NCBI GenBank assembly: GCA_963747235.1 | Contig: CAVVEU010000031.1 | Coordinates: 32,001 to 96,000 of the forward strand | Direction: 5' to 3' | From: an uncultured Candidatus Rokubacteria bacterium | Lineage (GTDB): Bacteria; Methylomirabilota; Methylomirabilia; Rokubacteriales; CSP1-6 | DNA length: 64,000 bases | Part shown: one piece after another, positions 37,116-47,482 of the stretch | Layout: each line of letters starts with the position of its first letter | Position numbering within the stretch: position 1 is the first letter of the stretch | Notes under the pieces: model-generated | Told to the model about the DNA's origin: nothing | Databases searched by the model: none | Seen by the model: the letters and a program-made list of their open reading frames with translations, nothing else | Position numbers and translations under genes: made by a program

Positions 37116-39370
37116 TGGCGGAGAAGGTGACGATCGAGAAGATCCTGCCCGAGAAGGGGTCGGGCGCGAACGGCCACGGCCCGCGCGAGACACCGCGCGA
37201 CGGGGCGCGCCGTCGCGGGCCGCGGCAGGGCAAGGCCGAGCCCGGCCGCTGGGTGCGCGAGGCCAAGGGCATCCTGGCCCTGGCCCTGGCCGGCTTCGGC
37301 TTCGTGGCGCTCTACGCCTACGACCCGATGGTGCATCCGCTCGATCAGTCGAGTCCGGTGGGCCCGGTCGGGGCCTGGCTCGGCTGGGGCTCCTTCCAGG
37401 CCTTCGGCTACGCCGGCTATCTCTTCCCGGTGCTGCTCGCCCTCTACGGTGTCTCGGCCTTCGTGCGGCCCCGCGTGGCCCACGGCTGGCAGGCCGGGGT
37501 CGGGCTCCTGATCCTGCTGGTGAGCGCTACCGGCATCCTGGCCCGCGCCTCCGACACGCTGGCCGAGTACCGCCTGCACAAGGGCGGCGTGGTGGGCTGG
37601 GCGGTCTCCGAAGGGCTCATGGTCTCGATCGGCACGGTGGGCACCTGGATCATCCTGCTCGCGCTCATCCCGGTCGGCGTGCTCTTCGTCACGCGCATCC
37701 CGTACGGCGTGCTCTCGCGCACGCTGCGGGCGCGCTCCGGACGGCTGCGGCGACCGGAGAGCAGGAAGGCGCTACGGGGAAGCCCGGCGTCGGCGGACCT
37801 GCCGCTGGTCGCCGCGGTGCCGCCGGGCGGCTGGCCGGCGGATCAGCCGGCCGCGCCACCGCCGTTCGTGGTGAAGGAGCAGCCGAAGGTGAAGTCGGGG
37901 CTCTCGGACAAGGGCCTCGCCTGGCAGGAGACGTTCGACTTCGGCAAGGGCGGCGCGGAGGCGTTCAAGCTGCCCGCGGTCGGCCTGCTCGCGGCGCCGC
38001 CGGCCTCGTCGCTCTCGCGCACGCGCGAGGAGCTCGAGGGCAACGCGCAGACGCTCAAGAAGAAGCTCCACGACTTCGGGGTGGACGGTCACATCGTGCA
38101 GGCGAGCCCGGGCCCGGTCATCACGTCGTACGAGTTCGAGCCGGCGGCGGGCGTCAAGGTGAGCCAGGTGGTGAACCTGGCCGACGACCTGGCCCTGGCC
38201 ATGAAGGTGGCGGCAGTGCGGATCATCGGGCCGATTCCGGGCCGCGGCACGGTCGCGGTCGAGGTGCCGAACCCGGAGACCGCGACGGTGTACCTGCGCG
38301 AGATCTTGGTGAGCCCCGAATTCGTCACGACCAAGGGCAAGCTCCCGCTGGCCCTCGGCAAGGACACCACCGGCAACCCGGTGGTCGCGGACCTGGCGGC
38401 CATGCCGCACCTGCTCATCGCCGGCTCCACCGGCAGCGGCAAGTCGGTCGGCCTCAACACCATGATCTGCTCGCTGCTCTACAAGGCCACCCCCGCGGAC
38501 GTCCGGTTCCTCCTGATCGACCCGAAGCGGCTCGAGCTCGGCATCTACGAGAAGATCCCGCACCTGCTCGCGCCGGTCGTCACCGACGCGAAGGAAGCCT
38601 CCGCGCGGCTCAAGTGGATCGTGGGGAAGATGGACGCGCGCTACAAGCAGCTCCAGGCCAAGGCGGTGCGCAACATCGAGGGCTACAACAAGGAAGTGCC
38701 GTTTGAAGAGCGCCTGCCCTACTGGGTGGTGGTGGTGGACGAGCTGGCCGACCTCATGATGGTCTCGGCCGGCGAGGTCCAGAACTCGCTGATCCGCCTG
38801 GCCCAGATCGCCCGCGCGGTGGGCATCCATCTGATCATCGCCACCCAGCGGCCGTCGGTGGACGTGGTGACCGGCCTGATCAAGGCCAACTTCCCGACGC
38901 GCATCGCCTTCCAGGTGGCGTCGAAGGTGGACTCGCGGACCGTGCTCGACGGCAACGGGGCCGAGCAGCTCCTGGGTCGGGGCGACATGATCTTCGTGCC
39001 GCCCGGCGCGAGCCGGCAGATGCGTGTGCACGGCGCCTGGGTCTCGGACAAGGAAGTGAAGGCCATGTGCGAGTTCCTGCGCACGCAGGGTTCGGCGGTG
39101 TACGAGCACGTGGAGTTGCCGTCCCAGGAGGCCGGCTTCGGCGGCAACGGAGAGGACCGCGACGACATCTACTGGGACGCGGTGAACCTGGTGATCGCGC
39201 AGCGGGCCGCGTCCATCTCGTTCCTGCAGCGGCGCCTCGGGCTCGGCTATCCGAAGGCCGCGCGCTTCATCGACATGATGGAGCAGGACCGCGTGATCGG
39301 CCCCGGCCACGGCGCCAAGCCGCGCGAGATCCTCGTCGGCCCGGAATACCTACAGAAGCGAGGCAAGTAA
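37115..39370 (+). CDS. ftsK: DNA translocase FtsK
   Basis: 4TM N-terminus, PHLLIAGSTGSGKS, VVDELADLM, ATQRPSVDV, gamma domain (ASISFLQRRL). Confidence 0.95.
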   Translation: MAEKVTIEKILPEKGSGANGHGPRETPRDGARRRGPRQGKAEPGRWVREAKGILALALAGFGFVALYAYDPMVHPLDQSSPVGPVGAWLGWGSFQAFGYAGYLFPVLLALYGVSAFVRPRVAHGWQAGVGLLILLVSATGILARASDTLAEYRLHKGGVVGWAVSEGLMVSIGTVGTWIILLALIPVGVLFVTRIPYGVLSRTLRARSGRLRRPESRKALRGSPASADLPLVAAVPPGGWPADQPAAPPPFVVKEQPKVKSGLSDKGLAWQETFDFGKGGAEAFKLPAVGLLAAPPASSLSRTREELEGNAQTLKKKLHDFGVDGHIVQASPGPVITSYEFEPAAGVKVSQVVNLADDLALAMKVAAVRIIGPIPGRGTVAVEVPNPETATVYLREILVSPEFVTTKGKLPLALGKDTTGNPVVADLAAMPHLLIAGSTGSGKSVGLNTMICSLLYKATPADVRFLLIDPKRLELGIYEKIPHLLAPVVTDAKEASARLKWIVGKMDARYKQLQAKAVRNIEGYNKEVPFEERLPYWVVVVDELADLMMVSAGEVQNSLIRLAQIARAVGIHLIIATQRPSVDVVTGLIKANFPTRIAFQVASKVDSRTVLDGNGAEQLLGRGDMIFVPPGASRQMRVHGAWVSDKEVKAMCEFLRTQGSAVYEHVELPSQEAGFGGNGEDRDDIYWDAVNLVIAQRAASISFLQRRLGLGYPKAARFIDMMEQDRVIGPGHGAKPREILVGPEYLQKRGK

Positions 39371-40029
39371 TGCGCTTGGCGATTCTCCTCGGGCTGTTGC
39401 TTCTGTTCGTACCTGCCGCGCCGGCGCAGGCTCAGACCCTCGACGAGGTGGTCAACGGCGTCGAGTCCACCTACGGCAAGATCGTGGACCTCCGCGCCGA
39501 GTTCACCCAGACCGCGCGCAACAAGAGCCTCGGCCAGGACATCAAGGCCGAGGGCACCGTGCTGCTCAAGAAGGGCGGCAAGATGCGCTGGGACTACAAG
39601 AGCCCCGCGCCGCAGCAGATCGTCTCGGACGGCACCTCGCTCTGGGTCTACACGCCCGAGCTGAACCAGGTGAACAAGGGCCATGCGCCCAAGGCCCTGG
39701 CCGGGCCGGCGGGCAGCTTCCTGTCCGGGCTCGGCAAGCTGCGCGAGGAGTTCACGGTGCGCTTCCTCAACCCGGCGAGCCCGCGCGACGGCGCCGGCCG
39801 CCCGGTGCTCGATCTCACCCCCAAGCAGCCGACCCCGCTCCTCACGCGCCTGGTGATCACGGTGGATCCGAAGGATTACGTCGTCCGCCAGGCGGTGCTC
39901 TACGACCAGTTCCAGAACACGGTCACGATGACCTTCAACAAGGTCGCCATCAATCCGGGCCTCAGCGACACGCTCTTCGTCTTCACGCCGCCGAAGGATG
40001 CGGCGGTGGTGCCGCTCGACCCACGCTAG
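39370..40029 (+). CDS. lolA: Outer-membrane lipoprotein carrier LolA
   Basis: Signal peptide, AEFTQ, GKMRWDY, VSDG..LWVY, FVFTPP; follows ftsK. Confidence 0.88.
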   Translation: MRLAILLGLLLLFVPAAPAQAQTLDEVVNGVESTYGKIVDLRAEFTQTARNKSLGQDIKAEGTVLLKKGGKMRWDYKSPAPQQIVSDGTSLWVYTPELNQVNKGHAPKALAGPAGSFLSGLGKLREEFTVRFLNPASPRDGAGRPVLDLTPKQPTPLLTRLVITVDPKDYVVRQAVLYDQFQNTVTMTFNKVAINPGLSDTLFVFTPPKDAAVVPLDPR

Positions 40030-40043
40030 CCGAGGACCTCGCC

Positions 40044-40541
40044 ATGGCCGCCGAGAACAGCTTCGACGTCGCCTGCAAGATCGACATGCAGGAGGTCACC
40101 AACGCCATCGACCAGGCCCGTCGCGACATCGCGACGCGCTACGATCTCAAGGGCGCCAAGAACGAGATCGAGATCGAGAAGATGGACATCGTGATCTCCT
40201 CGACCGACGACATGAAGGTCAAGGCGGTGCTCGACATCCTGCAATCCAAGCTCCACCGTCGCGGCATCGATCTGAAGGCCCTCACCATCAACGACCCGGA
40301 GCCCGCGGGCGGGGGCCTCGTGCGGCAGAAGATCACGCTGCAGGACGGCGTGCCGATGGAGAAGGCCAAGGAGATCGTGCGCCTGATCAAGGACTCCAAG
40401 ATCCGGGTCCAGGCCTCCATCCAGGAGAAGCAGGTGCGGGTCGCGGGTAAGAACCGCGACGACCTGCAGGCGGTCATCGCGCTGCTCAAGGGCAAGGATC
40501 TGGGCATCGCGATCCAGTTCACGAACTACCGCTCCACGTAG
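40044..40541 (+). CDS. yajQ: YajQ family nucleotide-binding protein
   Basis: SFDV, QEVTNA, RYDLKG, QASIQ..VRV.GK.RDDLQ, QFTNYR. Confidence 0.92.
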   Translation: MAAENSFDVACKIDMQEVTNAIDQARRDIATRYDLKGAKNEIEIEKMDIVISSTDDMKVKAVLDILQSKLHRRGIDLKALTINDPEPAGGGLVRQKITLQDGVPMEKAKEIVRLIKDSKIRVQASIQEKQVRVAGKNRDDLQAVIALLKGKDLGIAIQFTNYRST

Positions 40542-40573
40542 ATCCCTCCACGTAGATCCGTCCCCGTAGATCC
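40532..40573 (+). repeat. Three tandem imperfect 14-bp units (CTCCACGTAGATCC)
   Basis: Copies at 40532, 40546 and 40560; the first contains the yajQ stop codon. Confidence 0.85.
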
Positions 40574-40594
40574 ATCTGGGTCCCCCGGCCGTAA
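40569..40594 (+). promoter_or_regulatory. Putative ECF sigma promoter (GATCC-N16-CGTAA)
   Basis: Exact 16-nt spacer, 80 nt upstream of the fasciclin gene; resembles SigK-like ECF promoter elements. Confidence 0.55.
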
Positions 40595-40673
40595 GCCAGG
40601 GTGAACCCGGAGAGCGGGGCGCCCGTCGGCCCCCTCCGACCGGGGCAACTCTAGCCGGAAAGGATGGGACGAT

Positions 40674-41228
40674 ATGAAGCGGACAATCGCGTTCGTGCTG
40701 CTCAGCGCTCTGGCCGTCCTGCCCGCCGTGGCGCTCGCCAAGAGCGAGCCGATGGTGGGTGGACAGGCGATGTTCCCGAGCAAGGACATCGTGGACAACG
40801 CCGTGAACTCGGCGGACCACACCACGCTCGTGGCGGCGGTCAAGGCCGCCGGCCTGGTGGACACCCTCAAGAGCCAGGGGCCGTTCACGGTCTTCGCCCC
40901 CACCAACGCCGCGTTCTCGGCGCTCCCCGCGGGCACGGTGGACACGCTGCTCAAGCCCGAGAACAAGGCCGGTCTCACCAAGGTGCTGACCTATCACGTG
41001 GTGCCCGGCAAGATGGACGCCGCCGCGTTGCAGAAGGCCATCAAGGCCGGCAACGGCACCGCCACCCTCAGGACCGCCAGCGGCGGCATGCTCTGGGCCA
41101 TGATGAACGGTGACCGCAACATCGTGCTCAAGGATGAGAAGGGCGCGGTGGCCAGCATCTCGACGTACGACGTCTACCAGTCCAACGGCGTGATCCACGT
41201 GATCGACCGCGTGGTGCTTCCCAACTAG
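40674..41228 (+). CDS. Secreted fasciclin (FAS1) domain protein
   Basis: Signal peptide, TTLVAAVKAAGLV, GPFTVFAPTNAAF, LTYHVV, NGVIHVIDRV. Confidence 0.93.
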   Translation: MKRTIAFVLLSALAVLPAVALAKSEPMVGGQAMFPSKDIVDNAVNSADHTTLVAAVKAAGLVDTLKSQGPFTVFAPTNAAFSALPAGTVDTLLKPENKAGLTKVLTYHVVPGKMDAAALQKAIKAGNGTATLRTASGGMLWAMMNGDRNIVLKDEKGAVASISTYDVYQSNGVIHVIDRVVLPN

Positions 41229-41260
41229 AAGCGAGCCTGAAGAGCCTCTCCTCCTCACCT

Positions 41261-41295
41261 CCCTCTCCCCTCAGGGGAGAGGGCAGGGTGAGGGG
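41261..41295. repeat. REP-like family B copy 2, between convergent genes (may also terminate transcription)
   Basis: CCCTCTCCCC-tca-GGGGAGAGGG-CAGGGTGAGGGG. Confidence 0.85.
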
Positions 41296-41321
41296 TGGTG
41301 TCAACGACCCGACGTTGTACG

Positions 41322-41882
41322 CTAGTTGCTCACCACCGGATTCCGCCGCACGGTGGGCACCCCGATCTTGATGAACGCGTGCTGCTCCGCCGCGTGGCAG
41401 GCCGTGCACGCCGCGCGCATGACCTCGATCCGCTGCTTGAACAGGGCGAGGTCCTTCGCCTTGATCGCGTCCATCACCTGCAGGTAGGGGCCCTTCAGGA
41501 AGAGTGCATCGGCGTTCTTGCGGTACTGCGGCCGCCGCTCGAGGCCAACCGAGATCGCGCCGCCCATCTGGTGCGCCATGTGCGCGGCGTACTCCCAGTT
41601 GCCGTCGATCCCGCCGAAGTACATCTCCGTGTATCGGTATGCGACCTCGGCCATCGTGGTCTCGAACCCGCGGAGCTGCCGCTCGATGGCGGCGGCCCGG
41701 GCGTCCGGCGTCAGGCGCTTGTACCACCCACCCGGGTCCGGGACCCCTGGGGAGCGCGTGTGCGAGTGGCTCGGCGCCTGCGCGCGCACCGCCTCCCAGC
41801 CCGCGGCGGCGCCCAGGCCCACCAGGGCGGCGACGACCGCCATCACGAGAAACGAGCGGATCCGGCTATCGGGTCGTGTCAT
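41322..41882 (-). CDS. Exported mono-heme cytochrome c (class II/c'-like)
   Basis: N-terminal signal/TM, helical body, C-terminal CTACH. Confidence 0.75.
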   Translation of the reverse strand: MTRPDSRIRSFLVMAVVAALVGLGAAAGWEAVRAQAPSHSHTRSPGVPDPGGWYKRLTPDARAAAIERQLRGFETTMAEVAYRYTEMYFGGIDGNWEYAAHMAHQMGGAISVGLERRPQYRKNADALFLKGPYLQVMDAIKAKDLALFKQRIEVMRAACTACHAAEQHAFIKIGVPTVRRNPVVSN

Positions 41883-41896
41883 GAGCGGGAGTCCTT

Positions 41897-42280
41897 TCAC
41901 CGTGACGCTTTCACCGTGAACGTGAAGCGACTGTCGACGATATGGCCGTCCACCGAGAGGACGCGGTACTTGACGGTGTAGAGGCCGGACTGGCGCACCT
42001 CCACCGTGACCGAGAGCCGGCGCGGGTCGTCCGGGCCCACCGTCACGTCGCGCGCGTCCACCTGCGCGCCCGCCTCGTTCCACACCGAGACCGTGCTGTA
42101 GGCGGGCTCGAGACGCTCGTTGAACCAGAGCTGCACGCGCTCCGGCATCTGCCCCAGCACCGCGCGATGCGCGGGCGTCGAGCGCACCAGGGAGGCGTGC
42201 GCGCCGGCGGGCGGCGCGGGGCAGGCGAGACAGGCCAGGAGCGCGACCGCCAGCGCCCCGTCCCGCCAGCGGCCCCTCAC
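41897..42280 (-). CDS. copC: CopC copper-binding protein
   Basis: Signal peptide ending AGA|HASLVRSTP, LWFNE, YTVKYRVLSVDGH. Confidence 0.88.
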   Translation of the reverse strand: MRGRWRDGALAVALLACLACPAPPAGAHASLVRSTPAHRAVLGQMPERVQLWFNERLEPAYSTVSVWNEAGAQVDARDVTVGPDDPRRLSVTVEVRQSGLYTVKYRVLSVDGHIVDSRFTFTVKASR

Positions 42281-42661
42281 CGCTTCCCGGCCGGCTCCGG
42301 CGCGGTGACCGTGAAGAGCACGATGCCCTCCGTCACGTGGCCGTCGGCGGCCATCACCTTCCAGCGCGCCTGGTAGGCCCCCGGATCGAGCGGCGGCAGG
42401 GCATAGGCGAGGGTGTCGGCCGGGGTATCCGGGTCCTGGCGCAGCAGCGCGATGGTCTTCTGGCGCGGCCCGACGAGCTGCACGGAGCAGAGCGGCTTCT
42501 CGAGGCGGCTGTTGAAGCGCAGGACGAGCCGCTTCGGGCTCGCCAGCGATTCCTCGTGGCGTCGGAGCGGACTCGAGGATGATGGCGTGCGCGTGCGCGT
42601 CGGGGAGTCCCCACAGGCATGCCCCGATCATACCCAGGACCGCCAGGATCGCGAGCTTCAT
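42277..42661 (-). CDS. copC: Second CopC protein (frameshift near 42560)
   Basis: AHA|HAIILESAP, LRFN, YQARWKVMAADGH. Confidence 0.82.
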
Positions 42662-43888
42662 CGAGCGTTCGGGAGGCGGACCGGCTGCACCACCGTCTTG
42701 AGGAAGGGGAACTGCTCCTCGTGCCAGGCCACCAGGAACGAGCCGTCGGGGGCGAAGGCGATGTCGGGCGAGTAGGCCTTGATGGCGGTGGACAGCACGT
42801 GGATGGGGCTCAAGGTCCGCCCCGCGTCGAGGGTGTAGCGCAGCAGGATGCGGCGGCGCACCGCGGTGGACTCCTCCCACACGATCACCGCGCGGCCCGC
42901 CGGGTCCACCGCCATGCGCGCCTGGTCGGGAATGGAGGTCGCCGAGGTGTGCAGCCGCCTGGCCGGCCCGAAGCGGCTGCCCGTCCGTCGAGACGGCGAA
43001 CTTCAGGTCGGGCCGGATGTCGCTGCCCTCGGTGTACCAGCTCATGTACACGCGGCCCTTCGCGTCCAGGCCCACCGCGCCGCCGCGATGGGGACAGGCA
43101 TTGATCTTCCAGTGATCGGCGCTCACCAGCGTCGCGTCGCCGAAGGTGCGCCCGCCGTCGCGCGAGACCGCCAGCACCATGTCGCGGATATCACCCGGGA
43201 AGACGCGCCGCCAGGTGAGCGCCACCGTGTTGCCCGCGCCGGTGGCCGCGTCCACGCGGCAGCACACGCAGGTGTCGTCGCCGACCTTCCGGATGCCCTC
43301 GACCCGCGTGCCCTGCTCGGCCACGCGCGCGACCCAGGTGGCGGGATCCTTGCGGCCCTCGTGGCCGTCGATCCACGTGACCAGCACGGTGCCGTCGGCC
43401 GCCACCGCGAGCCCGTCGAACGAGTGCGAGATGGGCCGGTCCTCGTTCACCCGCAGGGGCGGCCCGAAGGTCCGGCCGCCGTCGAGGGAGCGGGAGAGCT
43501 GCAGGTCGGACGCGAAGAACGTCCCCTCCGGCTTGGCCTTGCCCGAGGACCAGGACACGTAGACCGGGCCGCCCGCGGCCACCGCCAGCCGCGGCGGATG
43601 ATGGAGCGCCTCGACGGTGAGCGCCTCGGGATTGACCCGCACCGGCGTCGAGCCGTTGCCGATCTGGAGCACGTAGAGCTGGTTGGCGTGGCCTTCCTGG
43701 GCCGCCCACGTCACGAGCGGCCGGCCGTCCGGGCCCGCCGCCACCGCCGCGCCGGAGAGGTGGAACTCGTGCCCCCGGCTCACGTGCTTGTACTCGAGGC
43801 GCGGCCCGAGCGTCAGCTCCGCGGCCGGCGTGGCGGTGGAGGCCGCCAGGACGAGCGCGACCGCCACCCCGATCCGTCTCATGCTCAT
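42658..43888 (-). CDS. Exported BNR/Asp-box (sialidase-fold) protein with CxCC and CPH motifs (frameshift near 42980)
   Basis: SRSLDGGRTF, SRDGGRTF, TCVCCR, WKINACPHRG. Confidence 0.8.
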
Positions 43889-45980
43889 CGCCACCTCCAG
43901 GAGACGCCGCCGTAGAACGAGCGGCCGTCGCCGGGGAAGAAGAAGCGCCGGTTCGCGTCGTCGGTCGCCACCGCCGCCGAGTAGCTGGTGTCGGTCAGGT
44001 TGCGGGCCTCGAAGAACACGCCGATTCCGGTCGGCTTGTGCTCGAAGCCGGCCTTGAAGTTCACGAGCGTGTACGGGTCATTGCGCGCGTCGTTCTGGCT
44101 GTTCACGAAGTAGCCCTTGGGCACGATGTCGAAGCCGGGCGCCATCCAGAACCCGGAGCCGTGATCGTAGCGCAGCTCGGTCTGGATGAAGTGCCGCGGC
44201 GCGCCGGGCAGGTCATTGTCGCCGAAGTTGACGTCGTTCACGAACACGAAGCGCGACCAGGTGTAGGCGGCGCGCGCCCGCAGCGAGTCGCCGGCGCGGC
44301 CGAGACCGATGCGCGACAGGATGTCCTTCACCAGCAGCAGGTCCACCCCCGCCTCCACGCCGGTGTGGCGCGAGCGGTCGATGTTGCGGAAGCGCGGGAT
44401 CGTGAACGGGGCGCCCGGGAAGGGCTGGACGTTCACGTTCTGGATCTCGTCCCACAGCTCGGCGTCGTAGACCGAGACGTCCCAGGCGAGCCGCTCGCCC
44501 ACGTTGCCGCGGGTGCCCACCTCGAACTGCCAGGACGTCTGCGCCGCGAGCTGGCCCAGGTTGCCGCCGAGCTGGCCGGGCGCGGTCAGCTCGAGCAGCG
44601 CGGGCGGCTCGTGGGCGTGGCTGGCGTTGCCGAAGACCTGGATGTGGGCGCCACCTTCCAGACGAAGCCGGCCCGGGGCGAGGCGGAGAAGAAGTCCACC
44701 GCGTCGGACTGGTTGCCGTCCCGCTCGAAGCGATCGCGGACTTCTCGCGTCGCGTAGTTCACGCGGCCTCCGGCCACCGCGGTGAAGGTGGAGGTGAGGT
44801 CGAGCTGCTCCTCGAGGTAGCCCGCGACGTTGTTGGCGATGTTGAACTGGTCCTTGGTCTTGGCGCCGCGGTTGCCCCGGTTGTTGGCGAAGTTCACGTC
44901 GATCTGGCGGGTGCCGAAGAACTGGAAGCCCGCGGTGAGCCGGCTGGCCAGGCCGAAGAAGGGCGCGGTCAGGATGTAGCGCGCCTCGGTGCCGTAGCTG
45001 TAGGTCGTGTCGTCGATGATCGCGAACGACAGCGGGTGGTCCATGTCCTGGTAGTTGACCTGGGTGAACCACTCGAGCGCCTGGTTCTCGCTGAGCGGCG
45101 TGCGGACGGTCAGGGCCCCGCGCGTGTAGTCGTAGTTGCGCTCCTCGCTGAACTGGCTGGTCGCCGGGTTGCGCTGGCGGCGATTGCGATCCATCTCCTG
45201 CTGGGTGAGGGCGCCGGGCAGGTTCTCCTCGTTCTGGACATAGCCGAGGTCGAGCCGGATCGTCGTCCCACCCGCGAGGCGATAGCCGAGGCTGGCGTAG
45301 GCGCGGCGCCGGATCTGATCGCCGTGCTGCCGGAACCCGTTCACCTCCGTGTCGCTCAGGCCGACGTAGAGATCGACCGGCCCGTAGACCTGGCCGGTCC
45401 CCACGTAGTTCTTGAGAAAGCCGAACGAGCCGGCCTCGCTCCGCAGCTCGATGAGCGGGGCGTCGTAGCCGGTCTTGGTGACGAGGTTGATGGCGCCGCC
45501 CAGGGTGTAGCCGCCGAAGCGCAGGGCGTTGGCGCCCTTGTAGACCTCGATGCGCTTGGTGGTCAGCAGCTCCAGCGACTCGAAGTCGCCGAACCCGTCG
45601 GCGTTGCCGTACGGGAAGCCGTCGATCAGGATGTTGAGGCCCCGCAGGTGGAAGTTGCTGCGGAGCCCGGAGCCGCGGATCGAGATCTGGCTCTCGTCCG
45701 CCGCGCCGAAGCGGGGCTGCACGAACACGCCGGGCACGAAGTCGAGCGCGTCCTTCAGATTCGCCGCGCGCGACTGCTCGATCTTCTGCTGGCCGACCAC
45801 CTCGGTGCCGCCGGGCACGCGGCGCAGCTCCTCGCGGGCCTCGGTCTCGGTCCGGGTGCGCTCGTCGGGCGCGCGGCTGCCCTCGACGATGACCGGGGGC
45901 AGCGTGGTCTCCGGCCGTGGCTGGGCCGTCGCGATGAGAGGGGTGAGCATGATGGCGAGTGCCAGGATGATGGGGCGCAT
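43885..45980 (-). CDS. TonB-dependent receptor (frameshift near 44650)
   Basis: TonB box (LPPVIVEG), plug (ISIRGSG, LIDGFP, RIEVYKG, GGAINLVT), C-terminal NLTD..Y and GRSFYGGVSWRW. Confidence 0.92.
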
Positions 45981-45988
45981 GGATCTCC

Positions 45989-46769
45989 TCACTGGGTGAG
46001 CCGGAATTCGACGGGGAGCAGAACCCACATGGCGACGGCGTCGGCGCCGCGGCGTGCCGGCTCGAAGCGCCAGCGCCGCACCGCCTCCATCGCGGCCTGA
46101 TCGAGGTCGGGGTGGCCGGCGGAGTGCTCCACGAGCACGTCGCCGATGCGGCCGTCCGCCAGGACGTGCACGCGCAGCATGGTCGTGCCCTGGATGCCGA
46201 GCCGCCGGGGCGCGGACGGATAGGCCGGGCGCACCTGATAGCCGCCCTGCGGCCGCGCGGTCCGGGTGACGCCATCGGGCGGCGTGGTGGAGGGCTTCGA
46301 GGCGACGTGGGGGCCGACGGCGGAAGCGCGATCGTGGTGCCGCTCGAGGCGGGGGCCGACGGGCCCGGCGCCGGCGCGGGCTCGCTGATGGCGGGCAGGG
46401 TGGCCGTCGGTGCCGGCCCCTGTCCGCGGGGGCCGGAGCGGGCGTGGGCGCCACGGCGGGCGCCGGGAGGGCGCGACGGGCTGCGGGGCGGGCTCCTCGA
46501 CCTTGGCGGCGGCGACCTCCCGCGGCTTCGGGGGGTCCGGCCGCCGGATCGGAGCCGGCCGCTCACGTCGTGGCGGCGCCGGGGGCGACCTCCCGTGGAG
46601 GCTCGACGGCGTCGAGCGTGACGAGCTGCACGGGGAGCACCGGCGGCTGCTGGGCCACCACGCTGGTCACCCATTGCTGACCCACGATGAGACCGGCGAC
46701 CAGCCCCACGTGGAGCAGGCAGGACAGGCCGATCGGCATCGCACGCCACCACGACAGCTCGTTGAGCAC
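45989..46769 (-). CDS. tonB: TonB energy transducer (frameshifts in the Pro-rich linker)
   Basis: TM with SCLLH, Pro-rich linker, YP..ARRLGIQG, LDQAAMEAVRRWRFEPA; GGAGG RBS before GTG 46769. Confidence 0.85.
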
Positions 46770-46871
46770 GAACGCTTCCCTCCGCAAGCCAGGATTGGAA
46801 CCGCGACAGCCGGGACACCCGCACGTGGCCGCGGCGCATGGAGCGCGCGGGGCGCGGGAGACCGCGGCGAG

Positions 46872-47475
46872 CTACAGGATCGCGGAGGGAGGAGCGCGCC
46901 CCTGGTCGGGGCTGAGGAAGCGGGTCGGGATGGACGCCGGGGAGCGGCCTCTGCCGGTCCGACGACGGGGAGCACGATGGAGGACAGCCCGGGATCGTCC
47001 ACCTGCACGGCGGCCAGATGGGCGGAGGCCGCGGCCACCGTGCACGCTTCCTGCTGCTGCGGGTCGAAGCCGTGATGCACCGAGTGCAGCGCGTTCTCGA
47101 ACGCGAAGACGCAGAGGAGCAGGGCGAGCGTCACGGCCACGGCCCGCCGCGGGCGCGATACACGGCAGGGCCGGGGTTGGAGGGGGGAGGGATGGAAAAA
47201 ATAACAAATTAGGAGTAGGGTGGAACCAGAGCAGAGAGGGAAGAATGGTAACAAGCGGCCAGGGCCGCCAGCCCCAGCGCGGCCGGCAGATACCAGGGCA
47301 GCGCGGGCGCGGCGGGGGCCGCGGTCAGGGCCGGGATGGTCCCGGGGGCCTCGACGGGCTGGAAGGTCTCCGCCGGAGGCGCCGACGCGGGAACATGGGC
47401 GCCCGCCGGGCCGGCGAGGGCCAGTAGGGCCAGCACCAGCAGGAGCGACATCGACACGCGCTGAAGCCGCAGCAT
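46872..47475 (-). CDS. Putative DUF2946/CruR-like leader membrane protein with C-terminal RAPP (reconstructed across three frames)
   Basis: Signal peptide (AGA|H), TM, TM followed by HSVHH...ACTVAAASAH, ends QGRAPPSAIL*; interrupted by anomalous sequence at about 47165-47254. Confidence 0.6.
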
Positions 47476-47482
47476 ACGCGAC

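Noticed and set aside
41897-43894. BNR-CopC fusion ORF
   Set aside because: Internal signal peptides and overlapping stop/start codons show three genes
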